A stretch of DNA of 64,000 bases from Sulfurimonas sp. (GTDB lineage Bacteria > Campylobacterota > Campylobacteria > Campylobacterales > Sulfurimonadaceae), in assembly GCA_028687935.1 (NCBI GenBank), contig JAQTZE010000004.1:3875-67874 (forward strand). The letters run 5' to 3'. The translations under genes and the position numbers were made by a program. Every line of letters starts with the position of its first letter. Position 1 is the first letter of the stretch. Below the pieces are notes generated by a model. It saw only the letters and a program-made list of their open reading frames with translations, did no database searches and had not been told where the DNA came from. This document shows, piece after piece, positions 40,416 to 49,959 of the stretch.

Positions 40416-42313
40416 TGCGGATTGCGTTTTTTATAAATGAAAAGCATGAGTGCAAAAACAAAGGTGATGACCCCGAGGCTTGCATTGAAAAACAAGATAG
40501 CTATCATACTTGAGGCAAGTGTGAGGTAGCCAAAGATATCTTTTCTCAAGAGTCCAAAGATCAGAGCAAACGCTAGAGCGATATAGCCGAGAATCTTGTG
40601 AAATAATAGAAAACCGACAACTTTACGTAAAACGCAGTGAATATTGCCTGGAGTGTTTTCGCAGATAAGAACATACTCTGCGTTTGTGAAGTAGGCATCT
40701 CTCCATAACAAAACTCCAGCAGCAATAAGCAGGGTAAAGAGAAGGTATTTGTAGGTAAAGCCGATTGTCTGCGTTTTAGAGTAGGTGTATAAAAGTGCTC
40801 CAAAGGCAAGAGAGATAAGGGCATAGGCAATTGCCTGTGTATTTTGAAATCCCTCTACAAATATAAGTCCAAACGCAAGCCCGAAAATAGAGACAGAAGC
40901 AAATTTCACAAAAGGATCTTCTAATAAGTTTTTGCTTGAATAGTGAGCCATAAGAGAAAATGAGAGGAGAGTAAACGCAGCTGCGTAAAATTCAAATCCT
41001 CTATACCTTCCATCAAAGGTGAGATAAATCGACTCGACTAAAAAGAGAAATACTAAAATATAGAGTGAAAATTTCGCTATGTTTTCATGGAGACTTGCGT
41101 TTAGGAGTAGTCGTGCTATTTGAAAATAGAGCATCAAAGAAGCTCCAAATAGAAGCGTGATTCTAAGCATATCGACAATATCTTTTGGAGCGATCTGGTA
41201 CTGGTTATATTGCAATGTAAGCAAAATAGACGCAGCGAGTGTATAGAGTGGGAGTTTGAGCGATTTTACTTGATGCTTAATTTGAAGCACAAACGCAAGG
41301 AGCAAAAGAGTAGCACTGAGCGCAAAGAGAAGGTCTTTGTTTTGAAAGTCTGATACAGCACCAAAGAGCACATTTTTATCTTGAGAATCTTTATCATAGA
41401 TGCCCCAATAGCCGCCGACTGCACCTTCGCTTACTCTTTTCCAAGGCTGATCAAAGGCTTCGATGAGGTTATATTTCCAGTTGTTTTGCAGTGCGAGTGC
41501 TAAGAAACCACGTAGATACTCAGCTTGTGCGTATGGAGTGGCAGTGGACGCACCTCTCATTTTTCCCTCAGAAGGCCAGCCTGTCTCACCGATGAGAATA
41601 TCTTTGCCCTCTAAAATCCCTGCAACTTCTCCACGTGTTTGGCCGACATGTATGAGTGCTTCATTTACAGAAACTGGGATATCTTCCCAATATGGCAGAA
41701 TGTGTATTGTCACAAAATCGACAAGTGAAGAGAGCTCAGGATTTTTAAGCCAAAATTCCCAGACATCTGCATAGGTAACAGCTGTGTTTGGCAGAGCCTC
41801 TTTGACACGTATGATATAAGAAGCAAGTTTTGTGCTACTAAGCTCACGACGCAAGAGCACTTCATTGCCCACGATAACGCAAGAGATGACATCACTATAC
41901 TCTTTTGCAAGTTTGATAGCTGTTTTTATCTCTTTTTCATTACGTTCATCTTCAGCACCTATCCAGATACCAAGCATAACCTTAAGACCATATTTTCTTG
42001 CATAAAAAGGTATCTCTTCTAAGCCGTTTACAGAATAGATACGAATACTTTCAAAATTTTGTGCCAATAGTGCAAGATCTTTGTCGAGTCGCTCACTTGG
42101 TATCTTTAAGCCGCTTGTGAGTTGATCGGGAGACTCGTCATATTTAAAAGGAGCATAGGAGACACTTTGAAGTTTAAGACCTTTGCTTAGAGGCTCTGGC
42201 AGTATCTCTGGCTTGTTTAAAAAAGTCCAAAACCCAAAGAGCAGGGCAAACGCAAGGGCGTAGATGAAGAGTATAGTCGCATTGTTTTTTATAGATGTGT
42301 TCATAGGAGCCAT
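40409..42313 (-). CDS. Glycoside hydrolase family 17-like domain fused to a polytopic membrane domain (NdvC-like)
   Basis: 634 aa. N-terminal TM, then GH17 catalytic motifs VGNEVL and GETGWPS, then about 10 predicted TM helices. Confidence 0.65.
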   Translation of the reverse strand: MAPMNTSIKNNATILFIYALAFALLFGFWTFLNKPEILPEPLSKGLKLQSVSYAPFKYDESPDQLTSGLKIPSERLDKDLALLAQNFESIRIYSVNGLEEIPFYARKYGLKVMLGIWIGAEDERNEKEIKTAIKLAKEYSDVISCVIVGNEVLLRRELSSTKLASYIIRVKEALPNTAVTYADVWEFWLKNPELSSLVDFVTIHILPYWEDIPVSVNEALIHVGQTRGEVAGILEGKDILIGETGWPSEGKMRGASTATPYAQAEYLRGFLALALQNNWKYNLIEAFDQPWKRVSEGAVGGYWGIYDKDSQDKNVLFGAVSDFQNKDLLFALSATLLLLAFVLQIKHQVKSLKLPLYTLAASILLTLQYNQYQIAPKDIVDMLRITLLFGASLMLYFQIARLLLNASLHENIAKFSLYILVFLFLVESIYLTFDGRYRGFEFYAAAFTLLSFSLMAHYSSKNLLEDPFVKFASVSIFGLAFGLIFVEGFQNTQAIAYALISLAFGALLYTYSKTQTIGFTYKYLLFTLLIAAGVLLWRDAYFTNAEYVLICENTPGNIHCVLRKVVGFLLFHKILGYIALAFALIFGLLRKDIFGYLTLASSMIAILFFNASLGVITFVFALMLFIYKKRNPQR

Positions 42314-42397
42314 TTGTGTATAAATTTGTGTGATTATACAGCAAAGATCCCCTGAATTTTGTATTTTACAGGGATATTTGTGAGGAGAAAAAAGTGT

Positions 42398-43117
42398 TTA
42401 GTGTTTGAGAAGATCCGTGTAGTCGTAGCGTGCGAGATCAAGGAAAAGTTTTCCATTTCTTTGGATGATACGGATATCACTGTGATATGCATCTAAAAAT
42501 CTTTTTTTGATGTTTTTTTTCTGATACGATTTAATGTCAAGAGCTTTGAGATACTCTTTGAGCTCTACAAAAGTTTTTTCAGGTTCATTTTCTGATTTTT
42601 CACTCTCAGTTGGACTCTCTTCTTCATCTGCATCGATACTCTCAACATCATGAATCATCTGAAATGAATTATGCTCAAGCAACATTTTTTTGTTGATAAG
42701 TTCCAAAATATTTTTAAGCTGCTCATCTTTTGTATTGTAGAGTTGTTCAATCTTATCGCGTTCATCACGGAGCATTTTTTCTTTATCAGCGATGAGTTGG
42801 TCTATTTTGTCTTCAAGCTTTAAGATCTTCTCTTTGAGATGTTTGTTTTCTCTTTGATAGAGAGCAAGGACTGCTGCGACAGTCGCTTTTGGCTTTGCCG
42901 GTGCGTTTTTAAGTGGCTGCGTTTGTGCCGACGTTTCAACTGCTTGTACTTTTTCTTCTTGTTGTGCACGTGCTTGTTCAATTGCTTCTTGGCTGACAAT
43001 GATATAGGTTTGAGAATCTTCTATTATATAGTTAAGTTTTCTTGCTCGAAGCTTTGATTGAATCATCTCTTTTGACATTTTAAAATGTTTGGAGTATTGA
43101 TCTACTGTGAGTCGCAT
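42398..43117 (-). CDS. Hypothetical protein with an N-terminal HTH-like segment, central coiled coil and acidic linker
   Basis: 239 aa. Starts 20 nt after the cyclase-like gene, with an aggaa SD. Heptad-rich region KHLKEKILKLEDKIDQLIADKEKMLRDERDKIEQL. Confidence 0.5.
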   Translation of the reverse strand: MRLTVDQYSKHFKMSKEMIQSKLRARKLNYIIEDSQTYIIVSQEAIEQARAQQEEKVQAVETSAQTQPLKNAPAKPKATVAAVLALYQRENKHLKEKILKLEDKIDQLIADKEKMLRDERDKIEQLYNTKDEQLKNILELINKKMLLEHNSFQMIHDVESIDADEEESPTESEKSENEPEKTFVELKEYLKALDIKSYQKKNIKKRFLDAYHSDIRIIQRNGKLFLDLARYDYTDLLKH

Positions 43118-43137
43118 TTTCTTTCCTTCGCTGTTTA

Positions 43138-43794
43138 TTATTGTATTAATGAATTAAAATTTATATTTGGAGGGCTAATTATACCAGCCTTTCTTAACCA
43201 AATGAGATATCCGATTTTTTCTATCCCGTGTTTATCATGAAATGTGTATGCACTGGAACGTTTAAACTCACGCTCTGCCAATAAAACACTAAAATCTGGA
43301 TGCATATTTAAAAAAATCTTTAAATATCGCATCGCAATATCTGAGATAATGACGGTTGAAATCGTATAGTCTTTCATCTCTAAATATCTGGCACAATCAT
43401 TGAGACCTTTCCCGATATAGTTCGTGTTGTCCAATATATCATTGAACTCAGTGATCGTTCCTGTATGTACAGAGATTCTGATGCCTTCAAAATAGGGGTA
43501 TTTTTTAGAAATATGGTCGGAAAAGTGGTTAAAGCTCATGCCCAAAATAGCTCCAAAACCTTTGAGCCTTGGATTTAAAATAGTATAGAAGCCATCACCC
43601 GTAGAGATAAATCCCAGAACCAAACGCTTCATAGGTAGATTTGATTTTGCAATAATCTTCTCTATCATTTTTTTATAGCTTCTTGTTAAAAAAGTTATGA
43701 TCTCTAACTGCTGTGAAGATTCGAGTTTTGAGAAGTTAATAATGTCTATGAGGACTATATCTGTGAATACATCTGCTTTTATTTTTGGATTCAT
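43138..43794 (-). CDS. Stand-alone class III nucleotidyl cyclase-like protein
   Basis: 218 aa. VLIDIINFS (first metal Asp), STGDGFY (second metal Asp), IRISVHTGTI and GKGLNDCARYLE match the cyclase homology domain layout. Confidence 0.55.
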   Translation of the reverse strand: MNPKIKADVFTDIVLIDIINFSKLESSQQLEIITFLTRSYKKMIEKIIAKSNLPMKRLVLGFISTGDGFYTILNPRLKGFGAILGMSFNHFSDHISKKYPYFEGIRISVHTGTITEFNDILDNTNYIGKGLNDCARYLEMKDYTISTVIISDIAMRYLKIFLNMHPDFSVLLAEREFKRSSAYTFHDKHGIEKIGYLIWLRKAGIISPPNINFNSLIQ

Positions 43795-43936
43795 GTAATC
43801 TCTACGCTTTCGTTGTTTCTTCCCTATTTTAACATAAAAAACGAGCGCTGTATGTTTGAAAAATATTTTTTAGCAAAAAGTTCTTTTAAATGTAGCCTAT
43901 ATTATAATTACGCAATAAAATTATTGAGGAATTATT

Positions 43937-45016
43937 ATGAGTAAAGGCATATTAGATATAGTAAAACCTGGTGTTCTCTTTGGCGACGATGTGCAGAAAG
44001 TTTATGATCATGCAAAGGCAAATGGCTTTGCAATCCCAGCCGTAAATGTTGTAGGTACAGATTCCATAAACGCAGTGATAGAAGCAGCAGCAAAAGTAAA
44101 ATCTCCGGTAATCATCCAGTTTAGTAATGGCGGCGCTTCGTATTATGCAGGAAAAGGTCTTAGCAACGAAGATGAAAAAGCAGCTATCGTTGGGGCTATC
44201 TCTGGTGCAAAACATGTTGCACTTATGGCAGAAGCGTACGGCGTAGCTGTTATCTTGCATACAGACCACGCTGCAAAAAAATTGCTTCCATGGATTGATG
44301 CTCTCATAGAAGCGGGTGAAAAGCAATTTGCAGCTACTCAAAAACCACTTTTTTCTTCACACATGCTAGACCTCTCAGAAGAGCCTTTGGAAGAAAATAT
44401 CGCTACGTGTAAAGCATACTTGAAGCGTATGAGCAAAATCGGTATGAGTATCGAAATAGAGCTTGGTGTAACAGGTGGCGAAGAGGATGGTGTGGATAAT
44501 ACAGATATCGACAACTCACTTTTATATACACAGCCTGAAGATGTAGCACTTGCATACAAAGAGCTCAGTGAAGTCTCTCCTCACTTTACAATAGCAGCTT
44601 CTTTTGGAAATGTTCACGGCGTTTACAAGCCAGGAAATGTAAAACTTACTCCAAAGATTTTAAATAATTCTCAAACATATATCCAAGAAAAATTTGCTAC
44701 AGCTGCAAAACCTGTAAACTTCGTATTTCATGGCGGTTCAGGTTCTGAGCCTTCTGAGATTTCTGAAGCTATCGGTTATGGCGTTATCAAGATGAATATT
44801 GATACGGATACACAATGGGCTGCTTGGGAAGGTACAAAAGATTATTATGAAAAGCACCGTGCGTATATGCAAGGACAAATCGGAAACCCAGAGGGCGACG
44901 ATAAACCAAACAAAAAATACTATGATCCTAGAAAATGGTTACGTGCAGGACAAGAGACTTTAGTGGCTCGTGTTGTACAAGCTTTTAAAGACCTAAACGC
45001 AATAGACAGAAACTAA
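43937..45016 (+). CDS. fba: Class II fructose-bisphosphate aldolase
   Basis: 359 aa, full-length FbaA-type sequence. Confidence 0.95.
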   Translation: MSKGILDIVKPGVLFGDDVQKVYDHAKANGFAIPAVNVVGTDSINAVIEAAAKVKSPVIIQFSNGGASYYAGKGLSNEDEKAAIVGAISGAKHVALMAEAYGVAVILHTDHAAKKLLPWIDALIEAGEKQFAATQKPLFSSHMLDLSEEPLEENIATCKAYLKRMSKIGMSIEIELGVTGGEEDGVDNTDIDNSLLYTQPEDVALAYKELSEVSPHFTIAASFGNVHGVYKPGNVKLTPKILNNSQTYIQEKFATAAKPVNFVFHGGSGSEPSEISEAIGYGVIKMNIDTDTQWAAWEGTKDYYEKHRAYMQGQIGNPEGDDKPNKKYYDPRKWLRAGQETLVARVVQAFKDLNAIDRN

Positions 45017-45024
45017 AAAACAAT

Positions 45025-45044
45025 CAAGGGCAGTTATGCCTTTG
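45025..45044. terminator. Hairpin between convergent genes
   Basis: Stem caagggca / tgcctttg (one G-U pair) with the loop gtta. The loop contains the stop codon of the minus-strand gene. Confidence 0.5.
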
Positions 45045-45381
45045 ATGCCTTATATATATCTTCAATAGAGTTTATCCCTGCGTTTTGCAGATAATAAGAT
45101 TGCAAGAGCTGATTGACTCTGTTTTGGTTAAATCTCCAAAAGCGCTTACTATCAAAATCTTCATCTTCTTGGATCTGTTTGAAAAGTTCCAGACTATCCA
45201 TTTTTCCATTATTTTGAGCGATAACTTTTAGTATGAGATGCAAAAGCTCTTCGTTTGATTCTTTGGAACTATCATCATCAGCTAATGGTTTATTTGGTAA
45301 AAACGCAGAAATTTTCCAGATACTCACAGCAAGTAAAAGCAGGAAAAACAAGAGCATCAAAGTTTGCGTGTCGAATTGCAT
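45034..45381 (-). CDS. Membrane-anchored hypothetical protein
   Basis: 115 aa with an N-terminal TM helix (LMLLFFLLLLAVSIW). Confidence 0.5.
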   Translation of the reverse strand: MQFDTQTLMLLFFLLLLAVSIWKISAFLPNKPLADDDSSKESNEELLHLILKVIAQNNGKMDSLELFKQIQEDEDFDSKRFWRFNQNRVNQLLQSYYLQNAGINSIEDIYKASKA

Positions 45382-45449
45382 TGTTTCACTTATATTGGAT
45401 TTATGAAGCCATATTACAACAATTTTGTTAAAATTCTATATTAGGAAAA

Positions 45450-46160
45450 ATGATGAATGATAAAGTATTTACAAAACCAATAAAAAAACAGTTTGAATTT
45501 GATGAAGAAGTGGCAGCTGTCTTTGATGATATGCTCGCACGCAGTGTCCCATTTTATAAAGAATCGCAAAAGATTACAGAGTTTTTTGCTCTAAAACATT
45601 TAGAAGAGGGTAGCGTTTTATATGACCTCGGATGCTCAACAGCGTCTATGCTTCTGAGTATTCACAGAAAACTTCAAGTAAACGCAGAGCTTGTAGGATT
45701 GGATAATTCAGAAGCGATGCTCGCGCAAGCAAGAAGAAAATGTGAAGCCTATGGAGCTGATATAAAAGTCTTAAACGCAGATATCCTCAGTTATGATTAT
45801 AAGCCAGCAGATGTGATGATAAGCAACTATACTCTACAGTTTATCCGTCCACTTGTACGTGAAGAGCTTGTCAAAAAAATCGCTTCACTTCTAAAAAAAG
45901 AGGGTGTTTTTCTCTTTAGCGAAAAAGTGATTTCGCATCATTCTAAACTCAACAAAGATCTGATCGAATGCTATTATGACTTTAAAAAAGAGCAGGGATA
46001 TTCAGAGTATGAGATCATGCAAAAACGCGAGGCTTTGGAAAATGTACTCGTACCATACAGTGAAGATGAAAATATCAAGATGGCTTTAAAAGCCGGTTTC
46101 TCACACTGCGAAGTTGTCCTCCGCTGGGCAAATTTTGCCACTTTTATCGCGATAAAGTAG
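45450..46160 (+). CDS. cmoA: Carboxy-S-adenosyl-L-methionine synthase
   Basis: 236 aa. CmoA-type SAM-dependent fold ([20 protein letters not shown]). Confidence 0.85.
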   Translation: MMNDKVFTKPIKKQFEFDEEVAAVFDDMLARSVPFYKESQKITEFFALKHLEEGSVLYDLGCSTASMLLSIHRKLQVNAELVGLDNSEAMLAQARRKCEAYGADIKVLNADILSYDYKPADVMISNYTLQFIRPLVREELVKKIASLLKKEGVFLFSEKVISHHSKLNKDLIECYYDFKKEQGYSEYEIMQKREALENVLVPYSEDENIKMALKAGFSHCEVVLRWANFATFIAIK

Positions 46161-46165
46161 CCATT

Positions 46166-46387
46166 TTACCAGACACTTTGTTCTGGTTCTGGCTCTTTTT
46201 TCTTTTTCAAAACTTCTTTCATCTGCTCATACGAGACGATATCATCTTTGCCACAATCTTTATGATAGTAGCCTTGAAGATCGTAATACTCTTCGCATTC
46301 GCTGTAATATTTCATAGAAACACCGTTTTTATTGAAACAACCGGAGAAAAGGAGTAGAGTTATAGCTAAGAGTGTTATTTTTATCAT
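46166..46387 (-). CDS. Small lipoprotein
   Basis: 73 aa. Lipobox LLLFSGC. Confidence 0.6.
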   Translation of the reverse strand: MIKITLLAITLLLFSGCFNKNGVSMKYYSECEEYYDLQGYYHKDCGKDDIVSYEQMKEVLKKKKEPEPEQSVW

Positions 46388-46394
46388 GCCAAAA

Positions 46395-47036
46395 TTATAC
46401 CTTAAAACTCTCTTTTGTTTTACAATACTGTGTTAAAAAGCACTCTTCACAACTTGGATTTTTAGCCTTACAAATATAGCGACCAAAGAGTACCATCCCT
46501 TGATGTAGGGCGTGAAGATTGTTTTTAAACTTCTTGACGAGCGTGGCTTCTGTTTTGATTGCTGTGTTGTCATCACTCAGACCAAGCCTGTGAGAAACGC
46601 GAAAAACATGTGTGTCCACTGCCATAAGATTTGCACCTGTGTACTCTATCATGACGACATTTGCAGTTTTTTGTCCGACGCCTGCAAGGGTTTGGAGTTC
46701 TTTTTCATCCAGAGGCACTTCTCCACCATAGACATCCGTGACTCTTCTTGCCATTTCGATGATATTTTTTGCTTTATTGTTGAAAAAAGAGCAGCTGTTG
46801 ATGATTTTTTTGACATCATCGAGCTCTGCTTCTGCCAACTCTTTTGGGGAAGGATATTTAGCAAAGAGTTCAGGTGTCAGTAAATTGACGCGTTTGTCTG
46901 TGCACTGTGCTGAGAGAGCCACGGCTACGACAAGTTCATAGGCGTTTGTATAGCTGAGTTCTGTTACAGCATCACTGTATCTTTCTATAAAAAGTTGATG
47001 GATCTCTTGTATCTCTTTTTTTGTCGCTTTTTTCAT
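46395..47036 (-). CDS. nth: Endonuclease III
   Basis: 213 aa. HhH motif LAGVGQKTANVV and the 4Fe-4S ligand pattern C-x6-C-x2-C-x5-C (CKAKNPSCEECFLTQYC). Confidence 0.95.
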   Translation of the reverse strand: MKKATKKEIQEIHQLFIERYSDAVTELSYTNAYELVVAVALSAQCTDKRVNLLTPELFAKYPSPKELAEAELDDVKKIINSCSFFNNKAKNIIEMARRVTDVYGGEVPLDEKELQTLAGVGQKTANVVMIEYTGANLMAVDTHVFRVSHRLGLSDDNTAIKTEATLVKKFKNNLHALHQGMVLFGRYICKAKNPSCEECFLTQYCKTKESFKV

Positions 47037-47122
47037 TTTTCATCCATACCTTTTAAACTCCTGCAATTTTATCCTCTTCTGTGTTATAATCAAAATCAAA
47101 ATTTTGTAACAAGGTGTTTTGT

Positions 47123-49057
47123 ATGGGCTTTTTTTCATTTTTTTCCAAACCAAAAGTAGCACTAGAGACTAAAGAAGATTTTAGCCACTATCTCTCAAAA
47201 GAACTTTTTTTCGAAGTAGCCAATCATAGTCCTTCAATGATATTGTATTTTACAAAACGTGATGGATTTATAAGTGCAAACAGAAGATTTTTGCAAGCAT
47301 ATGATTATAAGGATATAGAAGAGTTCCGTACCAAACATGAAAGTGTTAGAGATCTCTTTTTGCGTGAAAGCGAAGAGATTTTTACTCAAGATGACAAAAG
47401 TTGGCTTGATTATCTTAAAAAGTACAAAAAAGAGGGACATCTTGTCACTATGGCGGATGCGCAGGGGCATATTCTAAATATAAACGCAAAATGTTATAGC
47501 TTTACTCAGCTTCATGAGATCTATATTCTCGAACTTGAAGATGTCACAAAACTAGCCCAAGCAGAACTAAAAACACAAGAGATAGAACGACTCAAATCAA
47601 AATTTTTGGCAAATATCGGGCATGAGTTTCGTACACCAATGAATGGAGTCATCGGTTTTGTTGAACTTATGGAAAACACATCTTTGGATACAAAACAACG
47701 TGAGTATCTTGAGATGATAAACAGATCCTCGAAAAACCTTATGACAAATATCGAGACACTTTTAGATCTCGCACAGATTCAAGGAGGAAGACTCAAACTC
47801 GAAAATTTGATGTTTAATCCACTTCCTTTGATGGAGACGATGGTGTATAACTTTTATGTCAGCGGGAAGGAAAAAGGTGTCAAAGTTCTCTCATTTATAG
47901 ATCCAAAACTCCCTGAAGAACTTGATGGAGACGGTATTAAGATCAAGCAGATTGTAAATTCACTCTTACAAAACGCAGTGAAGTTTACGCCAAGAGGCGG
48001 GCGTGTTATTTTTGAAGTTAAACTTCTAAAACGAGAGATAAATGGTGACTGTAGTATTGGTTTTAGTGTCAAAGACAATGGAAAAGGTATTTCAAGCCAA
48101 TATCTTCCACTTATCACAGAGCCATTTAGTGCAGGCGATCATCCAGATGAGCGCCTTGGCGTAGGACTTAGTCTTGCGCATGGTTTAGTCGGATTGATGG
48201 ATTCGGAACTTCGTATTCAAAGTGAAGAGGGACATGGAAGTTATTTTAACTTTGTACTTGATTTCAAAGCATCACGCGGACAGTCTTATAAAATGATGCC
48301 AAAGAAAAAAGTTAAAGTTCTCCTTTTAGATCAAGAAAAGATAGATGAAGCCAACTTTTTGACGACATATCTTCGTGCATTTGCCATTGATGTGATCAAA
48401 TCGAGTGTACTGGATGAAAATGTTTATGATAACATTGACACTCTCTATCTTATTGCAAACCAGAGTGACTCTTCTTGGCTGCTCAAGCTTGGGACATATA
48501 CAAAAAAAGCTCCAATTGTACTTTTGCTCGATGAAGATCAAAAACTCCAAACAAAACTTACAACGCTTGTGGATAAAGTGCTGAAAAGACCGCTGTTGCC
48601 AAGTAAAATGGCTAAACATCTTGAATCTATGTACAGTATAGAAGCAAATCAAAGTGCGCAAAATAAACTTAAAATTGGTGATAATATTACAGCGCTCGTC
48701 GTAGAAGATAATCTTATAAATCAAAGACTCATACAAATTCTACTTCAAGAGTATAGAGTGATAGTTTCAACAGCTTCAAATGGTGTTGAAGCTGTTGAAA
48801 AGTGTAAAAGAAATCGCTATGACATTATATTTATGGATATAGATATGCCTGAAAAAGATGGGATAGCTGCGACCAAAGAGATAAAAGAGGCACTCAGTCC
48901 AAATGGTGAAACTCCCTTTGTCGCACTCACTGCAATGGCAATGCAAGGTGATAGAGAAAGACTTCTCAGTGAAGGGCTTGATGACTATCTGTCTAAGCCT
49001 CTTACACGGGAAAAGTTGGAAAATATTTTAAATAAATATTTGAAAGTTAATTCATAA
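47123..49057 (+). CDS. Hybrid sensor histidine kinase / response regulator
   Basis: ATG at 47123, after aagg. H-box ANIGHEFRTPMNG, an HATPase domain, and a C-terminal receiver (VVEDNLINQ, DIIFMDIDMPEKDG). Confidence 0.88.
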   Translation: MGFFSFFSKPKVALETKEDFSHYLSKELFFEVANHSPSMILYFTKRDGFISANRRFLQAYDYKDIEEFRTKHESVRDLFLRESEEIFTQDDKSWLDYLKKYKKEGHLVTMADAQGHILNINAKCYSFTQLHEIYILELEDVTKLAQAELKTQEIERLKSKFLANIGHEFRTPMNGVIGFVELMENTSLDTKQREYLEMINRSSKNLMTNIETLLDLAQIQGGRLKLENLMFNPLPLMETMVYNFYVSGKEKGVKVLSFIDPKLPEELDGDGIKIKQIVNSLLQNAVKFTPRGGRVIFEVKLLKREINGDCSIGFSVKDNGKGISSQYLPLITEPFSAGDHPDERLGVGLSLAHGLVGLMDSELRIQSEEGHGSYFNFVLDFKASRGQSYKMMPKKKVKVLLLDQEKIDEANFLTTYLRAFAIDVIKSSVLDENVYDNIDTLYLIANQSDSSWLLKLGTYTKKAPIVLLLDEDQKLQTKLTTLVDKVLKRPLLPSKMAKHLESMYSIEANQSAQNKLKIGDNITALVVEDNLINQRLIQILLQEYRVIVSTASNGVEAVEKCKRNRYDIIFMDIDMPEKDGIAATKEIKEALSPNGETPFVALTAMAMQGDRERLLSEGLDDYLSKPLTREKLENILNKYLKVNS

Positions 49058-49128
49058 TTCTTGTTTATTTACTATTAACATAAGAGTTATATTATTTCAA
49101 TAATAAAGATGAATTCTAAGGAAAATGA

Positions 49129-49959
49129 ATGAAAAAAGCAAAAATAATCCTCTCGACTATCCTACTTGCAAGTACGTTTTTGAGCGCACAAACTTTGGTA
49201 ACCGTAAATGGTTCAGAAATTACACAAAATGATGTTGATTCAGCACTTATGAACGCTACTCAAGGTAGATTCAATGAAGTTCCTGCTGAAAAGCAAGCAC
49301 AGTTCAGACAACAAGTTCTTGAGCAACTTATCGGTAAAGAACTTGCATACGATGATGCTAAAAAAACTGGCGTTTTAACTTCAAAAGAGTTTAACGACGA
49401 GTATGCAAAAGTACAAGAGAGAGTCAAAAAAGAGTTAGCTATCCAAGTATGGCAAAAAAAGATTATTGACGGCATTTCAGTTTCCGAAAAAGATTTAAAA
49501 GATTACTACAGCAAAAACAAAGAAGAGTTTAATGAAAAAGAGAGTGTTCATGCTCGTCATATCCTTCTTAAAACGCAAGCAGAAGCTGACACTGTAATCT
49601 CAGAGCTTAAAGCTTTGTCAGGTGACAAACTCAAAGAAAAATTCATCGAACTTGCACAAAGCAAATCAACAGGACCAAGTGGACCAAAAGGTGGGGATTT
49701 AGGTTATTTCGCACAAGGGCAAATGGTTCCTGCGTTTAATGATGCTGTATTTAGTATGAAAGTTGGTACTATCACTCCTGCTGCAGTTCAAACGCAGTTT
49801 GGTTACCATGTAATCTACCTTGAAGACAAAAAAGCACCAGCAGTGAAATCTTATGATGAAGTAAAACAATTCATCGAACAAAGATTAAAAATGGAAAAAT
49901 TCAAAACTGTAATGAACACAAAAATGGACGAGTTACAGAAAAAAGCAACAATTAAATAG
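49129..49959 (+). CDS. Periplasmic parvulin-type PPIase chaperone (PEB4 / HP0175-like)
   Basis: 276 aa. Signal peptide and a parvulin domain (HARHILL, GGDLGYF, GYHVIY). Confidence 0.88.
   Translation: MKKAKIILSTILLASTFLSAQTLVTVNGSEITQNDVDSALMNATQGRFNEVPAEKQAQFRQQVLEQLIGKELAYDDAKKTGVLTSKEFNDEYAKVQERVKKELAIQVWQKKIIDGISVSEKDLKDYYSKNKEEFNEKESVHARHILLKTQAEADTVISELKALSGDKLKEKFIELAQSKSTGPSGPKGGDLGYFAQGQMVPAFNDAVFSMKVGTITPAAVQTQFGYHVIYLEDKKAPAVKSYDEVKQFIEQRLKMEKFKTVMNTKMDELQKKATIK

Noticed and set aside
42398-43794. Calling the cyclase-like gene pair a Pycsar anti-phage system
   Set aside because: The neighbouring protein shows no cyclic-nucleotide-binding domain, TM helices or TIR module, which define Pycsar effectors. 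I can support only the cyclase-like fold. It is kept as a hypothesis in the findings, not as a call.
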